A stretch of 64,000 bases of DNA from Fusobacterium sp. (GTDB taxonomy: Bacteria > Cyanobacteriota > Vampirovibrionia > Gastranaerophilales > Gastranaerophilaceae): NCBI GenBank assembly GCA_023662905.1, contig JAMPIJ010000006.1:426-64425 (forward strand), read 5' to 3'. The translations under genes were made by a program, and so were the position numbers. The notes under the pieces were generated by a model that was not told where the DNA came from, did no database searches, and worked only from the letters and a program-made list of their open reading frames with translations. Shown one piece after another: positions 34,794 through 45,608 of this stretch (the first letter of the stretch is position 1; each line of letters begins with the position of its first letter).

Positions 34794-36407
34794 TTGGTTT
34801 ATAATTGGGAAAGGGATATGCAGAAGTTTAGTATTTTTAATCAATATAGAGATTGCGTGCTTGTCTTAAACGACAGGTTTGAAATCCTGTTCACCAACAA
34901 TGTTTTCAGACGAACTTTTGGCAAAACTATTGATATCAGACGCTTTGCGCATAGTTTCAACTTTGACATCTGCCTGTTGGATACTGAAAATATCGAAATG
35001 GTTTCGCCTATTTTTCAGGCTGTGTGCGCAAAAGAAAATTTTGCAACGACAGTGAGTTTCAGGGGCGAAAACGCTGAAAACATTTATTACGAACTCTCAA
35101 CAATTAAGAAACAAAAGTACACAATTCTTTTTCTGAACGATATTTCCGCGCAGATGAAACTTGTTGAAACAGAGCAAAAAGTGAAAAAATTAGAAGATTT
35201 ACGTCAGAAACTGGAAAGTGAAAACGAATCGCTTACAAAAATCAAATCGGACGCGCAGGCGCAGGCAATAAAAATCGCGCTTATCAATAAAGTTTCAAAT
35301 ATTTTCGCCGAGTCTTTGGACTTACCTAAGATTTTGAACTCCGCTTTACACGAACTTTTGACAATTTTTGGTGCTTTCAGAGTTTATTACGCAGAATTTG
35401 TAGACGGAAAGTTTCATCCTAAAGCCGTACAGGGCAATAGTTTCACTTACCCGCAACAAATTGAATTTGACGAAAAAACGCTTGCTACAATAAAAGAAAA
35501 ACAGATTTCCATAACCAATAAACTTTCAGAATTTTTAAACGCACCACAGTTTGAGAAACCGGTTTTACGAATAGTTGTTCCAGTGTTTCATTTGAACACC
35601 CTCAAAGGCGTTATAACTTTACTCTCGCATAAAAAACGTGAAATTAATGACGAGCGGGAAATATTAGAGGCTCTTTCTTCGCAATTTGCCAACGCAGTTG
35701 TACGTTCTGAATTGTATGTTCAGTTGATTAACTCAGAGAAAATGGCGTCGCTCGGTCAACTGGTTGCAGGCGTTGCGCACGAAATCAACACACCCGTTGC
35801 GTCAATAAAATCAAACAATGCAATCATTCGCAAAATCATCCAAAAGCTTGACAACGAGGAACTTTCAGACACATTAGAAGAAATAAACAATCTCGACGCC
35901 GAAGCGATTAACCGTATTAATAATATAGTAGTTTCGTTGAAAAAATTTGTGCGCCTTGACGAAGCCGAGCTTCAAGAGGCCGACATCAACAGCGAAATCG
36001 ACCTTACGCTTGATTTAATCCGCCACGAAACAAAAAACAGAATAAAAATCATCAAGAATTATGGTAATTTACCACCTGTCAAATGCTATCCGAACATGCT
36101 TAATCAAGTTTTCACAAACATTTTAGTAAACGCCTGTCAGGCCATCGAGGGCGAGGGAACTATTGATATCACTACGTTTGCGCAAGACGACTGCATAAAA
36201 ATCAAAATAAAAGACGACGGAATCGGAATCCCATCAGAGGAAATCGACAAAATATTCACAGCGGGCTTCACAACCAAAGGCGTAGGCGTCGGAACGGGCC
36301 TCGGACTGGCGATTTGCGCGAAGATTATCGAAAAGCATCGGGGCGAAATCATTGTAAACAGTGAGGTTGGTCAAGGCACCTGCTTTACCATTACTATCAA
36401 CCGTTAG
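34794..36407 (+). CDS. Sensor histidine kinase (N-terminal PAS/GAF-like region, HisKA, HATPase_c)
   Basis: H-box AHEINTP, N-box NILVNACQA, G-boxes DDGIGI and GTGLGLAI. The start is uncertain (34794 TTG or 34818 ATG). No response regulator is adjacent. Confidence 0.8.
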   Translation: MVYNWERDMQKFSIFNQYRDCVLVLNDRFEILFTNNVFRRTFGKTIDIRRFAHSFNFDICLLDTENIEMVSPIFQAVCAKENFATTVSFRGENAENIYYELSTIKKQKYTILFLNDISAQMKLVETEQKVKKLEDLRQKLESENESLTKIKSDAQAQAIKIALINKVSNIFAESLDLPKILNSALHELLTIFGAFRVYYAEFVDGKFHPKAVQGNSFTYPQQIEFDEKTLATIKEKQISITNKLSEFLNAPQFEKPVLRIVVPVFHLNTLKGVITLLSHKKREINDEREILEALSSQFANAVVRSELYVQLINSEKMASLGQLVAGVAHEINTPVASIKSNNAIIRKIIQKLDNEELSDTLEEINNLDAEAINRINNIVVSLKKFVRLDEAELQEADINSEIDLTLDLIRHETKNRIKIIKNYGNLPPVKCYPNMLNQVFTNILVNACQAIEGEGTIDITTFAQDDCIKIKIKDDGIGIPSEEIDKIFTAGFTTKGVGVGTGLGLAICAKIIEKHRGEIIVNSEVGQGTCFTITINR

Positions 36408-36716
36408 TAATATATGTAACGAAATATTTCCTTCTATTCATCACGCCACCATTAAAACACCCTTATGTTTATATAAACAATTTTAAAACAAATTTGAATT
36501 ATCCGTTAAAGCACTAGAAAAGCTCAATGAAAAATGTTATTCTTTTAGTATAAAGTGTTTGTTTTACCCTTTTAGAAAACACAACACTACATTTAACCAA
36601 AAACAGAATGTAACAAAATTTTAATAATCATATTAGTAAAAGGCAATTAAATTATTCAAAAAAACTTTATAAAGGAGTGTAGTGAATAATTTATTTGGTG
36701 TCGGAGGAAAAATTTA

Positions 36717-37571
36717 ATGACAATTAGTGTGAACAGTAAAAAGAAACAGGTTAAAAAATCTTTCAATGAATTATTAACAGATTTAAGAACAAGCAATTCT
36801 GAGAAAGTTAGATATAATGCAGCAAGAATCCTTGGCGAAATGGGTGACTCTAAAGCTGTTGAACCATTAATTGATGTATTAAAAAATGATAAAAACGGAT
36901 CAGTAAGATTATACGCGGCAAGAGCTTTGGGCGAACTTGGTGATTCAAAAGCAACAACTCACTTAATTGAATCATTAAGAGAAGACCGCAACGTTGACGT
37001 TCGTGTACGTGCGGCAAGAGCTTTGGGCCGTTTGGGCGGTGCAATTGTTGTTGAACCGTTGGTAGAAGCTTTAAACGATGAAAACTCACAAGTTTGCATC
37101 ACAGCAACTGACGCTCTTATTGAAATCGGCGAAGTTGCAACAGACGCGTTAATCGCATCATTAGACCACGAAAAAGTTAACGTAAGATGCGACGCAACAA
37201 GAGCTTTGGGTGAAATTGGCAACAAAAAAGCTGTTGATAAGGTTATTAATATGTTGTATGACGAATGGGTAAACGTCAGAATTTATGCGGTTACTTCTCT
37301 GGGTAAATTAAACGACCCTAAAGCTGTCCCGGCTTTGATTGATGTTATGAAGAATCGCTCAGAAAACGAATTAGTAAGAGCAGGCGCTGCAGCAGCTTTA
37401 GGTGTACTTCGTGACCAAAGAGCATTACTTCCATTAAGAGAATTGATTATGGAAGCTGAAGAACTAGGCGAACTTGAAGACACAGCGTTGAAATCATTCA
37501 AAAAAATCATGGCAGCAAACTGGCAATCAATTCCTGGTGCTGCACCACAAAAGAAAACCACTATGGTTTAA
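36717..37571 (+). CDS. HEAT-repeat (PBS-lyase-type) protein
   Basis: At least seven repeats of VR-x2-AA-x-ALG-x2-GD-x-KAV-x-PLI-x2-L. Confidence 0.8.
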   Translation: MTISVNSKKKQVKKSFNELLTDLRTSNSEKVRYNAARILGEMGDSKAVEPLIDVLKNDKNGSVRLYAARALGELGDSKATTHLIESLREDRNVDVRVRAARALGRLGGAIVVEPLVEALNDENSQVCITATDALIEIGEVATDALIASLDHEKVNVRCDATRALGEIGNKKAVDKVINMLYDEWVNVRIYAVTSLGKLNDPKAVPALIDVMKNRSENELVRAGAAAALGVLRDQRALLPLRELIMEAEELGELEDTALKSFKKIMAANWQSIPGAAPQKKTTMV

Positions 37572-37609
37572 CGATACAGACACAAATAAATATTAATTTC
37601 ACTTCAAAA

Positions 37610-37634
37610 GAACTCCTCACGGGGTTCTTTTTTT
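37610..37634 (+). terminator. Rho-independent terminator
   Basis: GAACTCC/GGGGTTC stem followed by seven T residues. Confidence 0.7.
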
Positions 37635-37712
37635 AGTCGACTGAGTCGACAGCCATATATGGTTTTATGGCAATTTTGTCAAGGTTAACACTTTTTATGC
37701 TATAATTTTCGT

Positions 37713-38423
37713 ATGAAGAGAATGGTTTTAACTGCAATAATTGCGATAATGACTGCGGGCTTTGCAAATGCAAGCGCGCTGACCGATGATTACATCGACA
37801 TCGCCGCGTCTTATGTGAAAGACGGGAAATATTCACAGGCTTTAGGTTACATCAACAAGGCTTTAGCCGTTGAACCGCAAAACTTTCAGCTTATTGAGAT
37901 GAAAAACGATTTGTTAAAAGTTATGGGCCAGAATGTTATTGTTTCACAGCGTCCGATGACAACAGGTAACGAAACATATTTGCAAAACGCGATTGATTGC
38001 TATAACAAAAAGAATTTTCAAGGCGCAAAGAATAATCTTGACACATACTTGAGCAAACAGCCAAAATCAGATTTTGCGTTTATGCTGCGCGCGAAAACCA
38101 ACCTGAACCTTGGCGAGCCCCAATCGGCTTTGAGAGATATCAAATCCGCAGAGTCAATTTATTCAAACCCTGAATATCTGCTTACCGAGGCGATAATTCT
38201 TGCAGAAATCGGCAAATACGAGCAAGCCAAAAAGATTTTGACAAAACTTAGCGAAAACATTCAAACCTATCTTGTTTTCAAGTATCTTGGGATTTGTGAT
38301 TACAAACTCGGCGATTACAAAAACGCGGTGATGAATTTCGACCGCGCAATCATTCTTTTTGAGGACGACAAAACCATTTTGCCAATGTATAATAGTGCCA
38401 AGAGAATGAATAATGAAAGCTAG
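37713..38423 (+). CDS. Secreted TPR-repeat protein
   Basis: Signal peptide MKRMVLTAIIAIMTAGFANA, followed by TPR-like repeats. Confidence 0.65.
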   Translation: MKRMVLTAIIAIMTAGFANASALTDDYIDIAASYVKDGKYSQALGYINKALAVEPQNFQLIEMKNDLLKVMGQNVIVSQRPMTTGNETYLQNAIDCYNKKNFQGAKNNLDTYLSKQPKSDFAFMLRAKTNLNLGEPQSALRDIKSAESIYSNPEYLLTEAIILAEIGKYEQAKKILTKLSENIQTYLVFKYLGICDYKLGDYKNAVMNFDRAIILFEDDKTILPMYNSAKRMNNES

Positions 38424-39384
38424 AAGAAGAAAAAATATTTTTAAATTAATGCGCGACCTGATGATTGCAATCTTTGCGATTATAGGTTTGTCGGTTTGCC
38501 TTAACACATTTGCAGGCGGAACTGACGAATTAAAATTTGTCCATATTTCTGACGTTCACTACAGCGCGGAACTCGACAACACACCTTTCAAACTGCGCAA
38601 AAATTCACCGGAGCTTTTCGACGATGCGATTGAACAAATCAACGAAATCTCTGGCGTATCGTTTGTAATGTTTGGCGGCGATCTGGTTGACAGGGCAAAA
38701 GAGAGCGAACTTCTAGGCTTCCTTGACCACGCAAAAAACATTAAAGCGCCGTGGTATTATACTTTCGGAAACCACGATTCCATGCTTGGCGGCCACCTGA
38801 CAACCGACAGATATCTTGCTGACGTTAGAAAAAACAACCCGAATTTCAAATTTAACAACACATATTATTCATTCTCACCGAAAAACGGTTACAAAGTTAT
38901 CGTTCTGGATTCAATAATCCGTGACAGGCTAACATCTAACGGCCAAATTTCAGACGAACAGCTTGCGTGGCTAGACAAAGAATTAAACGCGTCACAAAAA
39001 CAAATTGTGTTGATATTCCTGCATGTTCCTATTCAGGAACCAATTTCTGCGGAACACCACAAAATGCTAAACAGCACAGAAGTAATGAAAGTTCTGGGCA
39101 AATACAAAAACCCGATTGCAGTTTTTCAGGGTCACTACCATGTTGCACGTGTAAAACAGATGAACAATCTTTTGTTCGTAAGCACTCCGGCGCTTGTAAG
39201 CTATCCGAACGCGTTTAGAGAAATCAAAATCACAAACGATGCTGACAAAGTGACTTTTGACATTAAAACTAAAAATACAAGACTTACAAACCTGAGAAAT
39301 CAGGCGAAATTATTTATCGTAACACCGTCACTTCCTGAGGGTGAAGAAAGCGATAGAAACGGTGTTTACACAATTTCAAAATAA
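38413..39384 (+). CDS. Calcineurin-like metallophosphoesterase
   Basis: Motifs FVHISDVHY, GGDLVD, GNHD, LHVP and GHYH. Confidence 0.8.
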   Translation: MKARRRKNIFKLMRDLMIAIFAIIGLSVCLNTFAGGTDELKFVHISDVHYSAELDNTPFKLRKNSPELFDDAIEQINEISGVSFVMFGGDLVDRAKESELLGFLDHAKNIKAPWYYTFGNHDSMLGGHLTTDRYLADVRKNNPNFKFNNTYYSFSPKNGYKVIVLDSIIRDRLTSNGQISDEQLAWLDKELNASQKQIVLIFLHVPIQEPISAEHHKMLNSTEVMKVLGKYKNPIAVFQGHYHVARVKQMNNLLFVSTPALVSYPNAFREIKITNDADKVTFDIKTKNTRLTNLRNQAKLFIVTPSLPEGEESDRNGVYTISK

Positions 39385-39397
39385 AAGAGAGGCAGCA

Positions 39398-40321
39398 ATG
39401 AGCGAATTTAAAGTAAAATTCAGAGGTGTCAGAGGAAGTTATCCTATTGCAAAGAGCGAATTTTTAACCTACGGCGGCAACACGGCCTGCGTTGAAGTTC
39501 ATGCCGGAAACCAGCTTATAATCCTTGATGCCGGAACGGGTTTGATTGATTTAGGAAGCGACTTACTCGAAAGCCACATCAATTCCGCGCTCAACAAGGC
39601 CGAACGCAAGAACATCAAAGCCACAATGCTTTTGTCACACATTCATCAAGACCATATTCAAGGTTTCACGTTCTTCCGCCCGCTGCACCTGCCGTCAACG
39701 ATTCTAAATGTTTTTGGAAACTGCGATTTTGAAGACGATTTAGCGCAAGAACTTTCAACCCTATTGTTTAACAAATCGTTTCCGCTGGACTTAGGCGACA
39801 TGGCCGGCCAATTAAACATCCATAATCTTCAGGAAACTGACTGCATAATCCTCAACGAAGGAGAAGCCATAGTTAAAAGAATTGAATCAGACGAAGACTT
39901 AATTCCACAGGACGAACAAGTCATAATCACCTGCTACAAATCTTATGCGCATCCGCAAAATGGCGTTATGATTTATAAAATCGCGTACAAAGACAAATCG
40001 CTCGTCTACGCAACCGACAAAGAAAGCTACATCGGCGGCGACAAAAAGTTAGCAAAATTCGCGAGAAACTGCAACCTTTTAATCCACGACGCACAATACA
40101 CAACAGAAGATTACCTTGATACATTCTCGCCAAAACAAGGTTATGGCCACTCAACTTACGAGATGGCAATCGATGCGCAAAAACAAATTAACGCAGAAAA
40201 ACTCGTTTTCTTCCACTTTGACCCATCCTATGATGATAATAAATTGGATAGAATTAAAGAAGAATTCGGCAGCGAAACCCGTATCCTCGCTTACGAGGGT
40301 CTTGAAATAGATTTGTTATGA
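39398..40321 (+). CDS. MBL-fold metallo-hydrolase
   Basis: SHIHQDHIQG (H-x-H-x-DH). The ATG at 39398 follows AAGAGAGG and avoids overlap with the previous gene. Confidence 0.75.
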   Translation: MSEFKVKFRGVRGSYPIAKSEFLTYGGNTACVEVHAGNQLIILDAGTGLIDLGSDLLESHINSALNKAERKNIKATMLLSHIHQDHIQGFTFFRPLHLPSTILNVFGNCDFEDDLAQELSTLLFNKSFPLDLGDMAGQLNIHNLQETDCIILNEGEAIVKRIESDEDLIPQDEQVIITCYKSYAHPQNGVMIYKIAYKDKSLVYATDKESYIGGDKKLAKFARNCNLLIHDAQYTTEDYLDTFSPKQGYGHSTYEMAIDAQKQINAEKLVFFHFDPSYDDNKLDRIKEEFGSETRILAYEGLEIDLL

Positions 40322-40902
40322 AAAAAACGTTAATACTAAGTTTAATATTTGCCTCACTTCTGGCATCAGGCTATCGAAAACCCGATGTCGTAGTTATTGA
40401 CGCGGTGAAAAATTCCAACCATCATAACAACTTAGGCATAAATTATATGAACGACAGGTATTACGCGGCGGCGATTCAGGAGTTTAAAATTGCTATAAGC
40501 CTCAACCCCGAAAGTCAGGCGACAGCGGTTTATTACAATAATCTTGGCGATTGTTATATGAAAATCGAACACCCCGAACTTGCACTCGATTGCTACGAAC
40601 GAGCGTTACAGCTTTACAACCTGAACCTTAATTATTATATAAATCTGGCAAAATGCCTGATTGCGAACAAACTTCTTGACAAAAAACTTGAACAATTCGC
40701 GGATTTTACGAACCCTTACAACAAGCTTATGAGCGGAATTTTATACATCGAAAGCGGTAACTATCAACACGGAATCACTGTTCTGGATAGTTTTGCGACA
40801 GCGGAACCCGACTTAATCATTACCCCTGCGGTTAAAAGCTACATAAAATCAAGCGTCAAAAAGATGAACGAAACTCTGCCCGAACTTCCTACAGACATCT
40901 AA
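40318..40902 (+). CDS. TPR-repeat protein with N-terminal signal/anchor
   Basis: ATGA overlap with the MBL-fold gene. TPR patterns (AIQEFKIAISLNPES, ALDCYERALQL). Confidence 0.6.
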   Translation: MKKTLILSLIFASLLASGYRKPDVVVIDAVKNSNHHNNLGINYMNDRYYAAAIQEFKIAISLNPESQATAVYYNNLGDCYMKIEHPELALDCYERALQLYNLNLNYYINLAKCLIANKLLDKKLEQFADFTNPYNKLMSGILYIESGNYQHGITVLDSFATAEPDLIITPAVKSYIKSSVKKMNETLPELPTDI

Positions 40903-40950
40903 TTTGCAAAAACCTCACACATCTGTTACAATGAGTCTAAGGAGAAATTT

Positions 40951-41439
40951 ATGAAAAAAGTTTTATTATCAATATCATTATTATTTATGACAACATTATG
41001 CCCTGCGCTTGCTGACGATAAACAAGACGCGATTCAGTTTTTCAACGACTATGTAAAAGCGGCAAACACGTACAATCCGGTTATTACAACGTTGTATTCC
41101 CCTAATGCTAAAATCATCAGACAGGTCGTAAAACCTGATGGCACAACCGCTAACGCATACACCGACACTGCAACTTATATCAAACAAATGAAACTTGGAC
41201 AAGCAGGTGCAAAACTCAGACATTACACAAATTCTTATACAAATATTCAGGCTGAAAAAGTCGCTAACGGATACAAAGTTTCTTCACTCAGACAACCGTC
41301 AGGAGAAGACTACAAACTTAAAGCTTATATGATTGTGACTAAACAACCAGACGGCAAATGGTTAATCACAGAAGAAATGATGCAAACCAAGGTTCAATCA
41401 TTGTTGAAATACACTGACGAAGGAAAATCAAAAAAATAA
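40951..41439 (+). CDS. Secreted hypothetical protein (NTF2/SnoaL-like guess)
   Basis: Signal peptide MKKVLLSISLLFMTTLCPALA. 162 aa. Confidence 0.45.
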   Translation: MKKVLLSISLLFMTTLCPALADDKQDAIQFFNDYVKAANTYNPVITTLYSPNAKIIRQVVKPDGTTANAYTDTATYIKQMKLGQAGAKLRHYTNSYTNIQAEKVANGYKVSSLRQPSGEDYKLKAYMIVTKQPDGKWLITEEMMQTKVQSLLKYTDEGKSKK

Positions 41440-42509
41440 TGCAAAAATTCAGATTTTTAACAGCAGGAGAAAGCCACGGGAAAGCCCTAACAGCAATAAT
41501 CGAGGGGGTTCCGGCGGGATTTAGCATAGACGAAGATTTTATCAATAACGAACTCAAACGCCGTCAGGGCGGCTACGGACGCGGCGGCAGAATGAAAATC
41601 GAAACCGACACGGTTGAAATCACGTCCGGTGTTCGCTTCGGCAAAACTCTCGGTTCGCCTATCACTCTTGTTATTAAAAATAAGGATTTTGAAAACTGGC
41701 AAAAGATAATGAGTTCTCTTGAAGCCGATGCGACCGAAGAAAAATCTTTTACCACATGCCGCCCGGGACACGCGGATTATGCGGGAGCGATAAAATACGG
41801 TCACAAGGATTTGAGAAACATTCTTGAACGCTCAAGTGCCAGAAAAACTGCGATAGAAGTCGCTGTCGGCGCGGTTGCAAAATTAATCCTCAAAGAATTT
41901 GGCATTGAGGGAAGTTCCAGCGTGCTTCAAATCGGCAAAGCACAAGAGGATTTCAACGCAGAAATCGACAACGCACGCGAAGCGGGCGTTACACTCGGCG
42001 GCCGTTTTGAAGTCGTCTACAAAAATCTTCCTGTCGGTCTTGGCTCTTATGTTCATTATGACAGAAAACTTGACGGAAAAATCGCACAGATGGTAATGAG
42101 TATTCCTGCCGTGAAATCTGTTTCAATCGGCGACGGTGAAATCGCGCACCAATCAACAGGCCGCGAATTCCACGATGAAATGTTTTTAGAAGATGGCAAA
42201 ATTGTGCGGAAAACAAACCATGCCGGCGGCTTAGAGGGCGGAATGACTAACGGCGAAGCCCTAATCGTTCGTGCAAACATGAAACCGATTCCGACAATGC
42301 GCTCACCTTTGAACACAGTAGATTTAGCAACAATGACAGAAACCTCAGCGCACTTTGAGCGTTCTGATGTTTGTGCAGTCAAAGCCTGCGCCGTTGTCGC
42401 AGAAAACAGAATCGCCTGCGCATTGGCAGACGAATTTCTGTTAAAATTTGGCGGTGACAGCTTGGATGAAATAAAACTCTATTTCAACGCTTCTAATTTA
42501 GCCTTATAA
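41439..42509 (+). CDS. aroC: Chorismate synthase
   Basis: FRFLTAGESHGKAL, RRQGGYGRGGRMKIE, RPGHADY and SARKTA are AroC hallmarks. Confidence 0.93.
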   Translation: MQKFRFLTAGESHGKALTAIIEGVPAGFSIDEDFINNELKRRQGGYGRGGRMKIETDTVEITSGVRFGKTLGSPITLVIKNKDFENWQKIMSSLEADATEEKSFTTCRPGHADYAGAIKYGHKDLRNILERSSARKTAIEVAVGAVAKLILKEFGIEGSSSVLQIGKAQEDFNAEIDNAREAGVTLGGRFEVVYKNLPVGLGSYVHYDRKLDGKIAQMVMSIPAVKSVSIGDGEIAHQSTGREFHDEMFLEDGKIVRKTNHAGGLEGGMTNGEALIVRANMKPIPTMRSPLNTVDLATMTETSAHFERSDVCAVKACAVVAENRIACALADEFLLKFGGDSLDEIKLYFNASNLAL

Positions 42510-44959
42510 AATTCCGTATTGATATTCAGTTTTGAGCCGATATCAAGCAGAAGCTGAACAAACTTCTTATCACGCGCAAATTCAGGATTTTCAAGCGAAT
42601 CTATAATATTCATATAGATTTTGTTGAAGTAAACATTTTGCGCTTCTTTCAAATCAATCTCGAGTTCTAGCAAATCAATTTCATGGAAAATTTCCACAAT
42701 AACATTCGCTTGCTGTCTTTCAAGGCTGTTTGCAAGACGGTTGATATTTTTAATCAACTTTTTCGTATAAATTTCATTCGAACGCGTTTTATCAAGCGCA
42801 ATTCCAAGCATTTTTGCTTCTGCGACAATGTCTTTTGCGGCCTGCATAGTGTTCTCGTCAAAGAGTTCGTGACTTTCGCCAACGAGTTCGTTAAACCTTT
42901 GGCCAAGTGTGTATTCCGCCGAAAGTTTAAACTCGTTTGGAATATTCATACCCAACGCCTGAAGATGGAAAATTGTTCCGCGGCCGTCAAGATAAATTTG
43001 ACGATAGTAATCCGCAAACTTACTCAACTTATCTTTCAACAGAATTTGAATAATCTTACGTCTTTCTTTGATAAAGATATCTTTAAGCGTGAAATATTCT
43101 TTGCCAAAATATTCATCCAAAGCACGAATTGTTTCTGTCAAAGACGTTGTTAGGAATGTTTTTATCAGACTGTTTTTAATCTTGTTGAATTCCAAATCGT
43201 CAGAAAATTCTTTAATTGTACAGTGGAAATCCCCGCCCGCATATTGAACAAGCGCGAACATAATATCTTTTTTCTCAAGCGTAACTTTTGATTTAATATC
43301 AATATGCCCGATGAGGAATGTCATAGAACCGCATTCAACTTTTTTGTACGCGTGACGGCGGACTGTGTAGCAATAAACGTCCTCTTCGTCCTCAAAATCC
43401 TCATACAATGACGAAACCGCCCACAAACAGGTCAACTGTTTAACAGTTACGATTGACGGACGAACCCAGCGTTCATAAATATCCCTGCCGTTTCCGTATT
43501 CCGGAATATTACTTTTGGCATCAGAGAGAATATTCAAAAACTCGGTTTCCAAATCCTTATCGGTAAACTTACACGCAAGCTGCATAGCACGCGCTGCATA
43601 CTTCATAATCTGAACGGTTTCAATACCTGAAAGTTCCGTGAAGAACCAGCCGCAGCTTGTATACATAAGCATTGCCTGACGCTGAATCTCAAGAAGTTCC
43701 ATTGCCTTAACTTTATCCTCATCAGAAAGCTCATGGTTAAAATACTTCTTCTGGAATTTCAAAATATTTGATTCTTTACGATTCAAAACGACGTCAATAT
43801 AAGCGTTTCTAACATCCCACGGATTTTCGGTAAAATATTTTTCGCCACATTCCGCAAAGATTTTTGCAAGTTCATCACGCAAATAATCAAACGCCGCTCT
43901 TAACGGTTTACGCCATTTTTGGTTCCACCCCGGTTTTCCGCCCGTTGAACATCCACAATCCTCTTTCCATCTGCCAACACCGTGAGAACAACTCCAGGAT
44001 GATGGCTGTTTAATTTTAACCTCACATTTTGGCGGGAATTTTTCCAAAAATTCCGCATAATTTGTGATAGTAAAACCAGAATCCTGCGCCTTAATCTTCA
44101 AGACATAAGAAAGCGCCATATCACCAAATTTCGTATGGTGGCCGTAGCTTTCGCCATCAGTTGCAATGTTCACAAGCTGTGAGAAATTACGGCAATCAGA
44201 AACACCCTCCATCAGGCGTTTATTAAACTTGTTTCCATCAACAAGTAAATTATCGAACGCAACAGAGCGCGAAATCGCACCGTCATAGAAGAATAAATCA
44301 ATATACTTATCCGGCGCAGACTCAATATAATATCTGTAAGCCCTTGCAGGGTCAATGTTTCCCCAGCTTACATCAATCCAGTTGTTTGAACCCGCATCCC
44401 TAAATTTATCAGCCTGATATGGTGAAAGAACCGTAAATTTAATACCGTTTTCAACAAGAACCCTCAACGTATCATCATCAGCCGCAGTTTCTGCAAGCCA
44501 GATACCCTCAGGTTTTCGGCCAAAACGATATTCAAAATCTCTAATTCCCCACTTAACCTGCGTTTGCTTGTCATTTTCGTTTGCAAGCGGCATAATTATG
44601 TGGTTGTAAACTTGCGCCATAGCGTTTCCATGGCCGTTATGCTCCTGAACGCTTTCAATATCTGCTTTCAAGATTCGCTCATACGTTAGCGGTGCAAAAT
44701 TCTCCATCCATGACAACAACGTAGGCCCAAAGTTGAAACTCATATACTTATAGTTATTCACAATATCTATAATACGATTGCGATTGTCCACAATTCTTGA
44801 CGAAGAATTCGGACTGTAACACTCTTTTGCAATTCTTTCGTTCCAATCATGAAACGGCGCAGCACTGTCCTGAACCTCTATAGCCTCAAGCCACGGATTC
44901 TCACGCGGCGGCTGATAAAAGTGTCCATGTATGGTTAGAAAGACATCATTCTTTTTCAT
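42479..44959 (-). CDS. Glycoside hydrolase family 57 protein with DUF3536-type C-terminal region
   Basis: N-terminal HGHFYQPPRENPW, WLAETA and ATDGESYGHH resemble GH57 catalytic-region motifs. 826 aa. Confidence 0.75.
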   Translation of the reverse strand: MKKNDVFLTIHGHFYQPPRENPWLEAIEVQDSAAPFHDWNERIAKECYSPNSSSRIVDNRNRIIDIVNNYKYMSFNFGPTLLSWMENFAPLTYERILKADIESVQEHNGHGNAMAQVYNHIIMPLANENDKQTQVKWGIRDFEYRFGRKPEGIWLAETAADDDTLRVLVENGIKFTVLSPYQADKFRDAGSNNWIDVSWGNIDPARAYRYYIESAPDKYIDLFFYDGAISRSVAFDNLLVDGNKFNKRLMEGVSDCRNFSQLVNIATDGESYGHHTKFGDMALSYVLKIKAQDSGFTITNYAEFLEKFPPKCEVKIKQPSSWSCSHGVGRWKEDCGCSTGGKPGWNQKWRKPLRAAFDYLRDELAKIFAECGEKYFTENPWDVRNAYIDVVLNRKESNILKFQKKYFNHELSDEDKVKAMELLEIQRQAMLMYTSCGWFFTELSGIETVQIMKYAARAMQLACKFTDKDLETEFLNILSDAKSNIPEYGNGRDIYERWVRPSIVTVKQLTCLWAVSSLYEDFEDEEDVYCYTVRRHAYKKVECGSMTFLIGHIDIKSKVTLEKKDIMFALVQYAGGDFHCTIKEFSDDLEFNKIKNSLIKTFLTTSLTETIRALDEYFGKEYFTLKDIFIKERRKIIQILLKDKLSKFADYYRQIYLDGRGTIFHLQALGMNIPNEFKLSAEYTLGQRFNELVGESHELFDENTMQAAKDIVAEAKMLGIALDKTRSNEIYTKKLIKNINRLANSLERQQANVIVEIFHEIDLLELEIDLKEAQNVYFNKIYMNIIDSLENPEFARDKKFVQLLLDIGSKLNINTEFYKAKLEALK

Positions 44960-44984
44960 ATTTCACAAACTCCAAACTAAAAAA

Positions 44985-45494
44985 CTACTTCGTGGTTTCA
45001 GGTTTCTTATCAAGAGCATTAAACTTCTTAACGTCAACCCAAACGTCACCTAAAGCATTAGAAAAAACTGTTCCGTAAAACTCAATTCTATCACCGGAAT
45101 TCAACTCAATGTACTTTTCAGCTTCTTCTCTCGGCAGAAAACATTTCATCTCTGACAACGGCAAATTGTGATCATTAACATCAGGTCGTTGGATTAAAAA
45201 CGCAATGTATTTCTCAGAACTTCTCATCGCAGGCTCATAATCCAATCCTAAAGTAGAAAACTTGTCAAATTTACCCGTAATCTTAACGTTCTTATTCAAA
45301 TAAAAACTCGGTCTTGCAACGATATCAAGAGGGTTTACCGCCGCATAGGCAGAATAATTGAAGTTCTCCGCAACCTTTGTTTGCGCCGGCGTTGAAACTC
45401 TATCCAATAACGCCTGAGTTGCCTCGGTTTCTGCATAAGCGTGAACACCTAACAATAACATTCCACTAACCATTAATATAGATAAATTTTTCAT
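44985..45494 (-). CDS. Secreted hypothetical protein
   Basis: The start at 45494 gives signal peptide MKNLSILMVSGMLLLGVHAYA. Confidence 0.5.
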   Translation of the reverse strand: MKNLSILMVSGMLLLGVHAYAETEATQALLDRVSTPAQTKVAENFNYSAYAAVNPLDIVARPSFYLNKNVKITGKFDKFSTLGLDYEPAMRSSEKYIAFLIQRPDVNDHNLPLSEMKCFLPREEAEKYIELNSGDRIEFYGTVFSNALGDVWVDVKKFNALDKKPETTK

Positions 45495-45608
45495 TAATAA
45501 GCCCTCATCATTGATAATCTTATGACAACATAGTATCACAATTTTTTATTTTTGTAACTACCCTGCTTATTAATAGGTAAAAGAATTTTTATATAGTATA
45601 ATCTGTTT

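Noticed and set aside
36717-37571. HEAT/PBS-lyase repeats as evidence of phycobilisome biology
   Set aside because: Only the generic repeat is visible and there are no photosynthesis genes in the window. These repeats are widespread in non-phototrophs.
39341-39397. Upstream extensions offered by the ORF track: 39341 here, plus 58968, 44985..45539, 46731..47240, 56243..56581 and 63426
   Set aside because: In each case an internal ATG (or TTG) sits directly behind a good Shine-Dalgarno sequence and removes overlap with the neighbouring gene or yields a proper signal peptide. The shorter starts were used.
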